DNA from: Candidatus Poseidoniaceae archaeon
GTDB taxonomy: Archaea > Thermoplasmatota > Poseidoniia > Poseidoniales > Poseidoniaceae
DNA length: 51,082 bases
Direction: 5' to 3'
NCBI GenBank assembly: GCA_028821785.1
Contig: JAPKFC010000004.1
Span: 1 to 51,082, forward strand
The translations under genes were made by a program, and so were the position numbers. Positions 1 through 10,103 of this stretch are shown one piece after another (position 1 is the first letter of the stretch; each line of letters opens with the position of its first letter). A model generated the notes under the pieces. That model was not told the DNA's origin. It ran no database searches and saw only the letters and a list, made by a program, of their open reading frames with translations.

Positions 1-1
1 G

Positions 2-1069
2 AGTTGATAGGTAAGCAGGATATCCTTCTTCACCAGGCATTTCTTCAAGACGAGAAGAAATTTCACGCATTGCTTCAGCCCAACGAGATGTAGAATCTGC
101 CATCAAAGCAACGTCGTAACCCATGTCACGATAGTACTCGGCGATTGTAATTCCTGTGTAAACAGATGCTTCACGTGCAGCCACAGGCATATTCGAAGTG
201 TTTGCAATCATTACCGTTCTTTCCATCAATGGTTTTCCAGTGTTTGGATCTATCAAGTGAGGGAATTCGTCCAATACTTCAGTCATCTCATTTCCTCGCT
301 CTCCACAACCGATGTAAACAACAAGTTGTGCGTCAGAGTACTTTGCTAGAGATTGCTGTGTAACAGTCTTACCAGACCCGAATGGACCTGGAATACCTGC
401 TGCACCACCCTTTGCCAATGGGAAAAGGAAATCAAGAATACGCATTCCAGTAATAAGAGGGATTACTGGTGGATACTTTTGGAGATAAGGACGTGGTGTT
501 CTAACTGGCCACTTCTGCATCATCTGCATATCACTTCCATCTTCGAAAGTACAGATGGTTTGTGTGACATTGAAATCTCCAGATTCGATAGACTTGACTA
601 CACCGCCCATTCCTGGGACCGCCATAATCTTGTGAATGATCGTGTCAGTTTCTTGTACGTGTCCAACAACTTGTCCTCCGACAACAGTATCTCCAACGGA
701 GACTTGTGGTTCAAAGGTCCAAATCTTCTCTAGGTCAAATGCATCTGCATCGACACCACGAGTAAGGAAAACTCCCATTTCTTTTTCAAGTGTAGGAAGA
801 GGTCTTTGAATTCCATCGTAGATTTGAGTTAACAAACCAGGTCCAAGTGAAACTGAAAGAGTCTCACCTGTATTCACTACGATTTCACCAGGGCGTATTC
901 CGGATGTATCCTCGTAAACTTGGATAACAGCCTTATCACCGTGTAATTCAATCACTTCGCCCATTAGGCCTTCCGTTCCAACACGGACAACATCGTACAT
1001 TGCCGCTTTCATATCAATGGCAGTAACCACTGGGCCTGAAATACGGTAAATCAATCCTTCATTTTTCAT
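2..1069 (-). CDS. atpA: A/V-type ATP synthase subunit A (5' part; runs off the window edge)
   Basis: Not in the ORF track. Manual translation from ATG at 1069 gives [17 protein letters not shown]..., with Walker [14 protein letters not shown] and [59 protein letters not shown] lies upstream and the gene follows atpF. Confidence 0.97.
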   Translation of the reverse strand, partial: MKNEGLIYRISGPVVTAIDMKAAMYDVVRVGTEGLMGEVIELHGDKAVIQVYEDTSGIRPGEIVVNTGETLSVSLGPGLLTQIYDGIQRPLPTLEKEMGVFLTRGVDADAFDLEKIWTFEPQVSVGDTVVGGQVVGHVQETDTIIHKIMAVPGMGGVVKSIESGDFNVTQTICTFEDGSDMQMMQKWPVRTPRPYLQKYPPVIPLITGMRILDFLFPLAKGGAAGIPGPFGSGKTVTQQSLAKYSDAQLVVYIGCGERGNEMTEVLDEFPHLIDPNTGKPLMERTVMIANTSNMPVAAREASVYTGITIAEYYRDMGYDVALMADSTSRWAEAMREISSRLEEMPGEEGYPAYLST

Positions 1070-1099
1070 CTATTATTCCTCCATTATTTTTTTTGGAAA

Positions 1100-1399
1100 T
1101 CATTTCCATAAGTCGACTCCGATTGCCTTACGAATTGTATCTCGTAAGGTGGTGTCCTCCTCAGTACCGATACCAAGAACGGTTGGGGAGACGGATGCTG
1201 AGAGTCTTGCACGAAGACGCTCAGGCAATGTGGCTTGGGTTGCGGAGTCGATTACGACAACCCCCACTTCTTTGTTATTTAGCAATCCACTCAATGTTGA
1301 AACCATAGCCTCATCATCTTCTGGATTGTAGAGTGTAGAAATTCCAGCAAGCTGGAATCCTAGTGTGAATTCTGGTGTCCCGACTATTACGATATCCAT
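1100..1399 (-). CDS. atpF: A/V-type ATP synthase subunit F
   Basis: 99 aa with GFQLAGI motif and C-terminal IRKAIGVDLWK; position in operon. Confidence 0.95.
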   Translation of the reverse strand: MDIVIVGTPEFTLGFQLAGISTLYNPEDDEAMVSTLSGLLNNKEVGVVVIDSATQATLPERLRARLSASVSPTVLGIGTEEDTTLRDTIRKAIGVDLWK

Positions 1400-1408
1400 A
1401 TTTTCACC

Positions 1409-2449
1409 TCAGAGTATGTGTGCCTCTAACACTTCAGTTGGCAGTCCTGCTAGACGCCCACGTACGATTAAACGCAAATCTGCAACTTCCTGTACCTTCA
1501 TTGCAACATAATTGACAATAGGTAAGGCTGAAATAGGGTGTAGGTAACTCATGCGTTGTAATAATGCGTGTTCTCTAGCATTAAACCAAGTAATTACTGG
1601 ATCAAGACTGTTAACGGATTTTGCTTCTGCCAATACGCCTTCAAATGCTTGAATATCAAATCGATTATCGCTTCTTAGAATGTCAAGAGCTGCACTTTTC
1701 CCACCTGCTGCGATAGAAGAAAATGCTCTCTCTGAGATCAGTCTTCCACCAGGAATTAACATCTCCACGATGTTATCGCTGTCAATACCAACCGCTTCTG
1801 CCTCAATAATATTGAGGATGTTACGGTGATCTATTTCAGATTTCAACAAACCTTTCAAGAATCTAACACCTGCTCCTTTGAGGCTAAGTGATGCTAGAGA
1901 CCTCTTGAAATAATGTCTATCAAGTGCATTTTCATAATCTGCTAATCTTGCATCATCTGGCAGAGACATAAGGTCTGGACCGAATGACATCCTACGCATT
2001 TGAGTTGCTGCTGACCTTAGATCATCTGCATTTTCTATCATTTTCAACCAAGGAGTATTGATATCATTCAATGCTGGCAAGATATTGTTTAACACTTTAT
2101 CTTGGTCAACATCGTTAATTACTGCGCGTAGAACTACCTTAGCGTTTTGATATTCAAAACGAAGAGTGTATACTTCTACCATTGCACGGATTGTACCATT
2201 GCACATTCCTACAATTTCCTTCAACTCGTGTTCCAAGTTATGTGTAAGTGCTACCTCAACTAAATCTCCACCAGAGTACTTTCCAGCGTATAAGTCCATT
2301 TCTGCTCGGTAACCCATGTCCCCGACAGCAACGGTCATTTGTTCTGGTGATTGATTAATTAACTGACGTAGACGTGCACGATCTGCTAGTTTTTGCCTAC
2401 GCGATTTAGCGCGGGCGGCCACATATGGAGTATTATCGAGCATTGCCAT
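1409..2449 (-). CDS. atpC: A/V-type ATP synthase subunit C
   Basis: 346 aa; YVAARAK N-terminus, LIPGG and EVADLRLIVRG motifs; lies between atpE and atpF. Confidence 0.92.
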   Translation of the reverse strand: MAMLDNTPYVAARAKSRRQKLADRARLRQLINQSPEQMTVAVGDMGYRAEMDLYAGKYSGGDLVEVALTHNLEHELKEIVGMCNGTIRAMVEVYTLRFEYQNAKVVLRAVINDVDQDKVLNNILPALNDINTPWLKMIENADDLRSAATQMRRMSFGPDLMSLPDDARLADYENALDRHYFKRSLASLSLKGAGVRFLKGLLKSEIDHRNILNIIEAEAVGIDSDNIVEMLIPGGRLISERAFSSIAAGGKSAALDILRSDNRFDIQAFEGVLAEAKSVNSLDPVITWFNAREHALLQRMSYLHPISALPIVNYVAMKVQEVADLRLIVRGRLAGLPTEVLEAHIL

Positions 2450-2458
2450 AATTATTCC

Positions 2459-3022
2459 TCAATTGAAAAGTGTTGAATTTATTGAAGTACGCTTATCAGA
2501 CCAAACTTGGTCAAGAAGTGTATCAAATCTCATATCGAAAGAAACTGAACCATCCGTTGCTTCAAGAATGAAGCCGCCTAAGCCTTCAACATCATCGCCA
2601 ATAGCTCTAGAGCCAACGATGCCCGATAGGGCAGCACGGTCAATTGCAACTGGGCGAACAGTAAAGTCGCCAACCGCTACTTCATCTGCTTGAGCCATCA
2701 ATCCTTTCAGAATTGAAGCCCTTCCAGATAATGCTGGGTCTGCTAGTTGTCCTTTGGCCTCTTCAAATGTGGCATCCAATACTGTACGACGTGCTATGAG
2801 CACATCCTTTTGGTTGGATTGACGAGCACTAGCAACGATTTCCCTTGCTAGTTGTTCTGCCTCACGTGAAGTACGGCTATCCGCTTCCTCACGGATAGTA
2901 TTGGCTTTTGCTTCTGCTTCTGCAACAATCTTCTTGGCTGAAGCCTTTGCCTCGTTTAAGAGATCTTTTATTTCAGTTTCTGCAGATGCTGCTATGTCTT
3001 TTGCTAATGTTTCAAGTGTCAT
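2459..3022 (-). CDS. atpE: A/V-type ATP synthase subunit E
   Basis: Coiled-coil N-terminus and LGGFILEATDGSVSFDMRFD motif; start placed at MTLETL (3022) behind GGAGG. Confidence 0.92.
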   Translation of the reverse strand: MTLETLAKDIAASAETEIKDLLNEAKASAKKIVAEAEAKANTIREEADSRTSREAEQLAREIVASARQSNQKDVLIARRTVLDATFEEAKGQLADPALSGRASILKGLMAQADEVAVGDFTVRPVAIDRAALSGIVGSRAIGDDVEGLGGFILEATDGSVSFDMRFDTLLDQVWSDKRTSINSTLFN

Positions 3023-3079
3023 TATATTTCCTCCGAGTTTATTCATATGATTGGGCGAACCCAATCAGTTGTGCCATCA

Positions 3080-3385
3080 TTAGATGAACATTGGCAAAGC
3101 ACCTAGAATCACAATGGATTCAGGCAATGCAATCAATAGAATTGCTGTACCGAATTTGGAACTGTCTTCAGCGAGCATACCAACAGCTGCGCTGCCGATT
3201 GATGCTTGAGAGATTCCAGCACCAATTGCGGCGAGGCCAAGTGAGAGGCCGACTCCGACGTCTCCAGTCATTCCAGATGTTGCATCAGTATCTGCTTCTT
3301 CAGCTGCTACACCTTGTGCTACAAGGGTTAGTGCTAACATTGCAATCAGTGTGCGTAGGCTCATTTTTAGGGTATTTTTGTTCAT
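3080..3385 (-). CDS. atpK: A/V-type ATP synthase proteolipid subunit K (c), single hairpin with N-terminal signal-like segment
   Basis: GLAAIGAGISQASIGSAAVG...LIALPESIVILG; start MNKNT at 3385 behind AGGAGGT. Confidence 0.95.
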   Translation of the reverse strand: MNKNTLKMSLRTLIAMLALTLVAQGVAAEEADTDATSGMTGDVGVGLSLGLAAIGAGISQASIGSAAVGMLAEDSSKFGTAILLIALPESIVILGALPMFI

Positions 3386-3398
3386 TCTTGCTACCTCC

Positions 3399-5462
3399 TT
3401 ATTGTCCAGTGGACTGTGATATACCCTCAACGTGTAGGGTGCGGCCGCCTAGTGGATTGAAGATCACACCAGACCCGTCGTAAAACTTGCCCATCCATTC
3501 CACAAAGTGGAGCCGGATCGCGTGAATACTCGGCGAGAGTATTCCTAGGCCTAAAGCGAATATTTGTATGAAGACGAATAATATTAATCCGATAATGAAA
3601 CTAATGATGTCTCCACTCCACATCAATTCCCACCCCATAGTGATGGATACTTCTGCGATTTTGACACCAGCCACACCGACTGCCATGATACGTAAGTATG
3701 AGAGTGTATTTGCAAGAAGACCGATTGTTTCAATTGGCCCCATGATGATTCCTCCAACCCATCCAAATTTCTCAAATATTGCAAGACCGATTATTAGGCT
3801 AACAATTCCAATCAATAGCATTGCAGTCCAAATTTGGAATTCAAACAACTCATTGTATCCGCTAACCATGTTTCTGCATTGCATGAAACCGCCGATGAAA
3901 ATCAGAATCCATGAACCCTTTTCGAAGTATGCTGCTGCGAGGCCATGTGCCTTGTAGACATTAGAAAGTCCAATAATGAATCCAGTGAATATATGTAATA
4001 CGCCAAGATAGATTGATAGAAGAAGATATTCTTGCAGTCCATGTCCCTCTACTGCTCTATGGAATGGCATGTGTAGGCCAGTCAAGCCCGTTAAGGTAGC
4101 AATTGTTTCAGGAACATGGAATGTTTCGAATGTCCAACTGTAGAAGTCTGCAATTATCCCAATCGTAGGTCCTGATGCCCCAACTGAGCCATCCCAAATA
4201 AATCCAAATCCTTCAGCGAAAATAATTCCCCAAATGATGGCCCAAACACCCATCCATTTCAATATAGTAATTGCACTCTTGGCAATTGGTTCTACTGCAA
4301 ACGGTTTGCTTCCAAGCCATTTTGCTAGCATCAATATAACTAGGCCGTATCCCCAATCACCCAATATCATTCCATAAATGAATGGAAATGTCATCATCAG
4401 CATTATCGTCGGGTCAAAGGTACCATACTTTGGACGCCCCAATAAATCGACAAGCATTTCAAACGGTTCTGAAACAACTCCATTGTCTAATGCGATAGGT
4501 GGATTTGTATGTTGATGCCCTTCATCGCCAGCGTGGTGGTGATCCTCAACATATTCTTCGACTTCAACGTGCGAAGCAATCGATGAAAGTGCACTCATGA
4601 CATCTGATGTATTTTCAGTAGGAACCCATGCATCGATTGCAAATGCTTGATTAGAGACTGCGCAGAGTGTCGGTGCGGTAAAAATCGCATCTTCCCTTGT
4701 CAAATATTCTTCCATGATTACGAGGTCTCTGCCATGAGTTGCGGCCCAAGTGTCTCCAAGAGCGGAATTCTCTTCCACAGTAATCAGTAGTTTACCAATT
4801 TCTTTGCTAAGTGAGGAAATAACTTCGGAAGGTGACCCAACTCCGCTTGGAACTTGAATTGCTCTTGCGCTTTGATTGTTGAGAATTAGTTGGACATCAG
4901 TTGCATGTTTAGGAAGACATGCGATCGCTATTACATTAGATTCGGCGTGGACTTCTACATCCTTACCCAATTCTTGCACAATAGTGTTGTAAAGTGTTTT
5001 TGACTTTGCAGATTCAGAGACATAGACTTCTAAGCTATCTGTACTTGTAAGCAATTCTAGTGGAATGTTAAGTGGTTCTATTCTCCTCAATAATGCCAGT
5101 TGGTCACCCTTTGATTCAATCTCTGCCTCAGCATCCCTTACTGCATCAGCAAATGCCAAACCCTGGTCTACAATTTCTTCAAAACCTGAATTAATCATTT
5201 TTTGTACTTCGGAGACTGATTTCGGACCTTTGACATTATTCGGAGAATAATGTGCATTAGCGCCACGGACTTTTGTTAGTAGAGTACTAACTGAATTTGC
5301 ATTATTACTATTGATTGCATGACCGACTCCAATTCCATCTTCGAAATTGCCATATTCTTCAATATGTACGCAGCCCATGTCCGAACAAATACGTAGGACA
5401 TGTTCCATTTTATCGACAGAGGCAGCCACTGTCAGGCGAGACATATCAACGGTTACGAACAT
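3399..5462 (-). CDS. atpI: A/V-type ATP synthase subunit I (a)
   Basis: 687 aa; PKYGTFDPT, GDWGYG, LSYLRIMAVG and IHAIRLHFVEW motifs. Confidence 0.97.
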   Translation of the reverse strand: MFVTVDMSRLTVAASVDKMEHVLRICSDMGCVHIEEYGNFEDGIGVGHAINSNNANSVSTLLTKVRGANAHYSPNNVKGPKSVSEVQKMINSGFEEIVDQGLAFADAVRDAEAEIESKGDQLALLRRIEPLNIPLELLTSTDSLEVYVSESAKSKTLYNTIVQELGKDVEVHAESNVIAIACLPKHATDVQLILNNQSARAIQVPSGVGSPSEVISSLSKEIGKLLITVEENSALGDTWAATHGRDLVIMEEYLTREDAIFTAPTLCAVSNQAFAIDAWVPTENTSDVMSALSSIASHVEVEEYVEDHHHAGDEGHQHTNPPIALDNGVVSEPFEMLVDLLGRPKYGTFDPTIMLMMTFPFIYGMILGDWGYGLVILMLAKWLGSKPFAVEPIAKSAITILKWMGVWAIIWGIIFAEGFGFIWDGSVGASGPTIGIIADFYSWTFETFHVPETIATLTGLTGLHMPFHRAVEGHGLQEYLLLSIYLGVLHIFTGFIIGLSNVYKAHGLAAAYFEKGSWILIFIGGFMQCRNMVSGYNELFEFQIWTAMLLIGIVSLIIGLAIFEKFGWVGGIIMGPIETIGLLANTLSYLRIMAVGVAGVKIAEVSITMGWELMWSGDIISFIIGLILFVFIQIFALGLGILSPSIHAIRLHFVEWMGKFYDGSGVIFNPLGGRTLHVEGISQSTGQ

Positions 5463-5475
5463 TGAATCACCCTTA

Positions 5476-5790
5476 TTATGGCATTAGAGAATCTATAATT
5501 AATTGTACTGCATCACCTTTACGGTCATTTGCAGCGGATTCGATCAACTCGATTCCTTTTGCACCCTTGGACTTCACCTTATCAGCATTTTTGTTTGCTG
5601 CCTTGCGTGCTTTATCCATAGTGGATTTAGTATTATTTACTGAATCTTCGGTTGCTTCTGTGATTATTTCTGATGCATTCCTTCGTGCATCAGCCATTAT
5701 TTTTGAGGTTTCATCTTGTGCGTCAGACAAGCGCTTTTCAGCAGCCTGTTCTGCATCTTTAATGCTTCTAAGAACTTCAGCCATACCCAT
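5476..5790 (-). CDS. atpH: A/V-type ATP synthase subunit H (G)
   Basis: Short charged coiled-coil protein at the head of the atp operon; GGTGA upstream of the start. Confidence 0.85.
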   Translation of the reverse strand: MGMAEVLRSIKDAEQAAEKRLSDAQDETSKIMADARRNASEIITEATEDSVNNTKSTMDKARKAANKNADKVKSKGAKGIELIESAANDRKGDAVQLIIDSLMP

Positions 5791-5918
5791 AGCAATCACC
5801 GGTAACCTCGGCGAGATGAAAGGGGTTTATGAGGGTAGTGGGGCTTCTAGATGGCGATTGTGCCCCGAAACGGTGAAAAATATAGATTAATGATGAATTT
5901 TAAAGTCAAAAAACAATT

Positions 5919-6662
5919 TCATTGTGGTTTTCTACCACGGAATCTGCTCGCCATTCCAAACGGTAGAAGTAAGCGTCCTTGTACGTCATTGTAGCCGACT
6001 TCTCTCATCATTTTACGATAATATCCATTGCTACCATAATGCGTATAAGTTCGAGCTAGCCCTTTCCAAGGGTGGTTTTTATCCTTGGTAACAAAACGAG
6101 CCATCCATTGAACGACTGTCGCCATCCAAATCGCTCCAAAAATTCCGTGTAACCAATTTGCTTTGCCGGCATCACAAATAACTAGTTGGCCGCCTGGCTT
6201 TAGAACTCTAAATATCTCAGTCAATCCCTGTTTTTTATCTTTAAAATCTCTAAATGAAAACAAACAGAATACCATATCGAATGTATCATCTGGCAGGGGG
6301 ATGTTTTCCGCAATAGCTTCTACATAATTTGCAGGAGATTCTCCTCGAGAATTTCGTGCTGCATCAACACGCTCTTTAGCAAATTTTAACATCAACGCAG
6401 ATGGGTCAAGGCATGTGACTTCAAGACCCACTAAATCTTCCGCAAAAGAGCCTGGACCACATCCGACTTCTAGCACATTCATGCCTTCTGTAGCATGATT
6501 ACGAACATTTCTGCGCCATCTTTTATCTTGACCAAAAGTCATTAATTTATTGACTTTATCATAATTGGGAATTGTTGCTTCAAGTTGCAATTTCAAGTCT
6601 TTCCACGCCTCTTCATCAATGCCTGATGGGTCAAAACCACCAGTTGCATCACGCGTAGCCAT
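5919..6662 (-). CDS. UbiE/MenG-family SAM-dependent methyltransferase
   Basis: YDKVNKLMTFGQDKRWRR, VLEVGCGPG, AENIPLPDDTFD and EIFRVLKPGG motifs. Confidence 0.85.
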   Translation of the reverse strand: MATRDATGGFDPSGIDEEAWKDLKLQLEATIPNYDKVNKLMTFGQDKRWRRNVRNHATEGMNVLEVGCGPGSFAEDLVGLEVTCLDPSALMLKFAKERVDAARNSRGESPANYVEAIAENIPLPDDTFDMVFCLFSFRDFKDKKQGLTEIFRVLKPGGQLVICDAGKANWLHGIFGAIWMATVVQWMARFVTKDKNHPWKGLARTYTHYGSNGYYRKMMREVGYNDVQGRLLLPFGMASRFRGRKPQ

Positions 6663-6740
6663 ATCTTTCGCGGGCTAGGGCCTGCCTTTTGAGTTGTCGC
6701 ATGGATGTAATAGCACCGACCAGCGGATTACAATCACTAC

Positions 6741-7544
6741 TCAAGAAATACGTTCTACTGTTTCTGGAGTAATACCTTCCGCAGGCGTGACTCTGAAAAC
6801 TAGAATTTTCAAATTCTCAGGAGCGTTACGGAATTTTGAAACGATCATAGATGTTTCAAAATCTGTTCCGATGGTTCTAACTTTGAATGAAAGCACCATA
6901 TCGGCAATAGATGACAATTCTTGTTTGATTGTTGCATCTAATCCCTCGTTGGAAATATTGATCAACAATAGACCACGCATCATTTGTGCATGCGCTTGTA
7001 ACATTCTAACCATCGCTACAACTTTGGTATTATCTTCTCTCTGTAAGAAGAAATCTAAATTATCTATTACGACTCTGAAATATGGCCCAAGTGACATGAT
7101 TTCATTTGTTACTTCGGTTAGGTAATCTTGGTGAGTTTCATCGACAAATCTTGTCTGGGCTAGGCGTTGAATATCTTCTAATCTAAAGCCTTCAAGGCGA
7201 TATCTACTGGCTAGCAGTTCCTTTTCCAATACCTCCTTATTATATTCCTCACCAATGGTTCTGACACTGATGTCTAATGGCCATCCATACTTATCGAAAA
7301 CGCGGGCTATTTCTTGTTGCCCTTCATTGGTTGAAACATATAGCGTGTTTTCCGATTCTTCTGCCGGAGATGTGAATTGCTTGCCAAATAATTCAGAACC
7401 AGAACCCGTATCAGTAAAACTGACCATTGTGAACCCGCGCGGAACTCCACCATGCATTTCCAAATCGAATTTCGGAACTCCGAAGGAACCGACACCTCCA
7501 AAGAACTCTTCATCTTCTTTCTTGAAAGTATATTGCTTATTCAT
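6741..7544 (-). CDS. KaiC/RAD55-like RecA-superfamily protein with degenerate Walker A
   Basis: FDLEMHGGVPRG, DTGSGSELF (no catalytic Lys), VVIDN, IADMV and VSKFRN; start at 7544 behind GAGGTGA. Confidence 0.8.
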   Translation of the reverse strand: MNKQYTFKKEDEEFFGGVGSFGVPKFDLEMHGGVPRGFTMVSFTDTGSGSELFGKQFTSPAEESENTLYVSTNEGQQEIARVFDKYGWPLDISVRTIGEEYNKEVLEKELLASRYRLEGFRLEDIQRLAQTRFVDETHQDYLTEVTNEIMSLGPYFRVVIDNLDFFLQREDNTKVVAMVRMLQAHAQMMRGLLLINISNEGLDATIKQELSSIADMVLSFKVRTIGTDFETSMIVSKFRNAPENLKILVFRVTPAEGITPETVERIS

Positions 7545-7554
7545 AACAATCACC

Positions 7555-8139
7555 TCAATGGATTACGACTTGCCCTCTGTCTATTAGGTCTGTGCAGTAT
7601 AAATCAAGATTTGACAATACCAACGGAGGAGTTTGGTCAGGAACATTCAATATCACGGAAAGAACTTCTCTTTGCCTAAAGGTGTTAATGAATGTATGAA
7701 GGTACTCTGCGAGCATTCGATCATCATTGTATATCGCTAATGCGTTAACACTATCCAATATTACGAAATTACGTTCTAGGGTTGTGGTTCTCAGTAAATA
7801 GAGCGCCCTAAGTAAGATAGATTCTAGCATAATTGGCGAATCTACGAAATGGATATTTTTTCTAGTTGAATCTGTACCTCCAAGTACACCAGAGGAAACT
7901 AAATCGACGAACTGTATATTAGATACATCTATTCCAAGTCCCTCAAATGCCTCAATCATTTCCATTGCGCTTCTACTTCCAGAAATGTAAACTCCGCCCA
8001 TTTCAAACATTTGCATTAATGGAACCATAGTACTGGCAGTAACCATAAATGCATTTGAGTTACCACAACGAACTTGAACTGAACTATTTAGAGCAACTTC
8101 CGTGAGCTGCTCTGCGATTCTTTGGTCGAGTTCAAACAT
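7555..8139 (-). CDS. Truncated or inactive KaiC/RecA-fold associated protein
   Basis: GVYIS, IQFVDLVS and FVILDSVNALAIYN (Walker B-like); no Walker A; sits between two KaiC-like genes. Confidence 0.6.
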   Translation of the reverse strand: MFELDQRIAEQLTEVALNSSVQVRCGNSNAFMVTASTMVPLMQMFEMGGVYISGSRSAMEMIEAFEGLGIDVSNIQFVDLVSSGVLGGTDSTRKNIHFVDSPIMLESILLRALYLLRTTTLERNFVILDSVNALAIYNDDRMLAEYLHTFINTFRQREVLSVILNVPDQTPPLVLSNLDLYCTDLIDRGQVVIH

Positions 8140-8141
8140 CT

Positions 8142-8924
8142 TCAGGCACCCCATTTACCTTGTTTATCGCCCTGAGCGCCCCATTTGAGCATCGGAGTTA
8201 ACATCACACCAATCGGAGTTAATTCAATTGCATGCTTTGCCCTAGAGTGTGAAGTTCCACGCATCTTGACCACTTGTAAAAATCTTAGAAGATGCCCCAT
8301 TCGTTCAACATCCCCCATAACGATAATTCCATCAGCAATTGCTTCCTCAACACCGAAAGACGACCAATGAGCATTCTCAGTAGCGGAAGTGATCTCCGAA
8401 ATTAGCATGGTTGTACAGCCTAAAGTTGATAATTTCTTTCCTAATGTGAAAAGGAAATCTCGAATTAGTTGTTCGGACTTAATCTTGTAACAAAGTGTTG
8501 TAACTGAATCAATTACTAAACGAGTGACACCAATTGTATTGACAATATCGACAATCGCCTTGATTAGAGCGTGGACGTCATCCAAATCGAAGGATGATTT
8601 TTCCAAACCCAACCAAGAATATAATACGTCCATGTCAAAAACATTAATCAATCCGGTATCGACCATATTCATGTCAAAAAATTCGAACTGGCGGATGTTT
8701 TCTAACAACTTGACGGATGGTTCGGTCGCAGTAAAATGAGCGCATGCCTCACCTGCTAGTGCCCCTCTCACCAAGAATTCCATTCCAAGTGTGGTCTTTC
8801 CCGAACCACATGTTCCAGAGCACAATACAGTTGAACCATATGGGATTCCTCCGCGGAGAATTTCATCTAATCCATGGATGCCAGTTACGCATCTGTCACG
8901 GGTGTAAACTGCTGCGGGCTGCAT
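8142..8924 (-). CDS. Single-domain KaiC-like ATPase (RAD55/GvpD family)
   Basis: TGIHGLDEILRGGIP, Walker A GTCGSGKT, RLVIDS, GVEEAIADG and VVKMRGTSH; probable start MQPAA at 8924 (ORF open to 8972). Confidence 0.9.
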   Translation of the reverse strand: MQPAAVYTRDRCVTGIHGLDEILRGGIPYGSTVLCSGTCGSGKTTLGMEFLVRGALAGEACAHFTATEPSVKLLENIRQFEFFDMNMVDTGLINVFDMDVLYSWLGLEKSSFDLDDVHALIKAIVDIVNTIGVTRLVIDSVTTLCYKIKSEQLIRDFLFTLGKKLSTLGCTTMLISEITSATENAHWSSFGVEEAIADGIIVMGDVERMGHLLRFLQVVKMRGTSHSRAKHAIELTPIGVMLTPMLKWGAQGDKQGKWGA

Positions 8925-9026
8925 GGGAACAAATACGACGAAACGCTTTGGGTTGATGAACTGTGCGCCCAAAAGCAGTTGTGATTAGTGTGTTGGTAAC
9001 TTATTTGAATGCGAAATGTTCAAACA

Positions 9027-10103
9027 TTAATTTCCAGGAGTTGGTTCATCGGAAATTGACCATGATGCAGAATCAAACATTGAAGTCCCATCCCAAACAA
9101 TTGATTGGCCGTTTATCAAAAACAATCCTGTGTCGCCTCCCCAATTAATTCGCTGGATATCCACCGGACGTGATTCAAAGACCTGCGTATATTTCAAAGT
9201 CAATTGCCCATTACCATTTGCTAAAATATCAATCGAACCGACTCCCAGGAAACCTTCAAGTCCCAGATCGATAACTTCACTCGCATTTCCAGTGACTTGA
9301 CTAGAGGCGTCACCGGTAAAAATTGCAGTTTCCTTACCTGTTATTATTCCCTCTTTAAGGAGTAGATTTGAAACTGAAGAACCAGAGGTATGAGTGAGTG
9401 ACCACCCATACAAAGATACTGCGAAGTCGTTTGGATTATAGATTTCAATCCATTCTGGACCTAACTGCGTTGGACGCGGATGGACTTCTGTAATCTGCAA
9501 TTGATTCTCCTTGCGCCCTCCATCATGCACTTCGAGAATTATTTGAATCGTTTCATCGTTTTGATAGAAGTATCTGTAAGAAGTTGATGATGAGCGAGTA
9601 CCGTGCTTTTCTGTGCCACCATCAAACAACACTTGGCCCATTCGTTGGACATCGCTACTTTCAGTGATTACAATATTGAGGTGGAAACTGTAGCCATCAT
9701 GCAATCCAATTCCGATGGCAAAGCCATCCTCGCTTACATTATGCAAAGCATTGATTTTTGTTTCATTTATTTGCCCATTAACTATCAATCCCGCTTGAAC
9801 TCTTCCCGAATCTAATTGTTTGGCTGAAAATAAATGCCAGTTAGCAGTTGAATTGTCATAATCCAATACTTCATTTTGAATAGGGACGAACCACCCTTCA
9901 TCCGAACTAATACGATCCATGCCAAGAACTGCAGCACCATCTAGTCGGTCTAAGGCAGGGTCATTTGAGCCCATTTCTAATTGTGCGAGAGAAAGAAATG
10001 CAGTTAATATCATCAAGAATAATACAAAGGCTGTAAGGAATTCAATTACTGCGGTAATTGCGCCATCTTCTCTCTCCGAGTGAGAGTAAACGGTTCCCTG
10101 CAT
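9027..10103 (-). CDS. Secreted or membrane-anchored protein with class III (prepilin-like) N-terminus and C-terminal lamin-tail-like domain
   Basis: N-terminal SEREDG-AITAVIEFLTAFVLFLMIL hydrophobic stretch; LTD signature ITEVHPRP...EWIEIYNP...VSLYGWSL. Confidence 0.7.
   Translation of the reverse strand: MQGTVYSHSEREDGAITAVIEFLTAFVLFLMILTAFLSLAQLEMGSNDPALDRLDGAAVLGMDRISSDEGWFVPIQNEVLDYDNSTANWHLFSAKQLDSGRVQAGLIVNGQINETKINALHNVSEDGFAIGIGLHDGYSFHLNIVITESSDVQRMGQVLFDGGTEKHGTRSSSTSYRYFYQNDETIQIILEVHDGGRKENQLQITEVHPRPTQLGPEWIEIYNPNDFAVSLYGWSLTHTSGSSVSNLLLKEGIITGKETAIFTGDASSQVTGNASEVIDLGLEGFLGVGSIDILANGNGQLTLKYTQVFESRPVDIQRINWGGDTGLFLINGQSIVWDGTSMFDSASWSISDEPTPGN

Noticed and set aside
340-400. 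Possible intein at the AtpA Walker A site, as in some Thermoplasma and Pyrococcus
   Set aside because: The sequence reads continuously [16 protein letters not shown] with no insertion.
166-733. Plus-strand ORFs 166..363 and 353..733
   Set aside because: They are antisense shadows of atpA, which the ORF track missed because it runs off the window.
1087-1094. T8 homopolymer as a phase-variation or frameshift site
   Set aside because: It is intergenic between atpF and atpA and disrupts no frame.
6741-8924. Circadian clock (kaiABC)
   Set aside because: The proteins are single-domain, with no kaiA or kaiB and no ST phosphosite motif.
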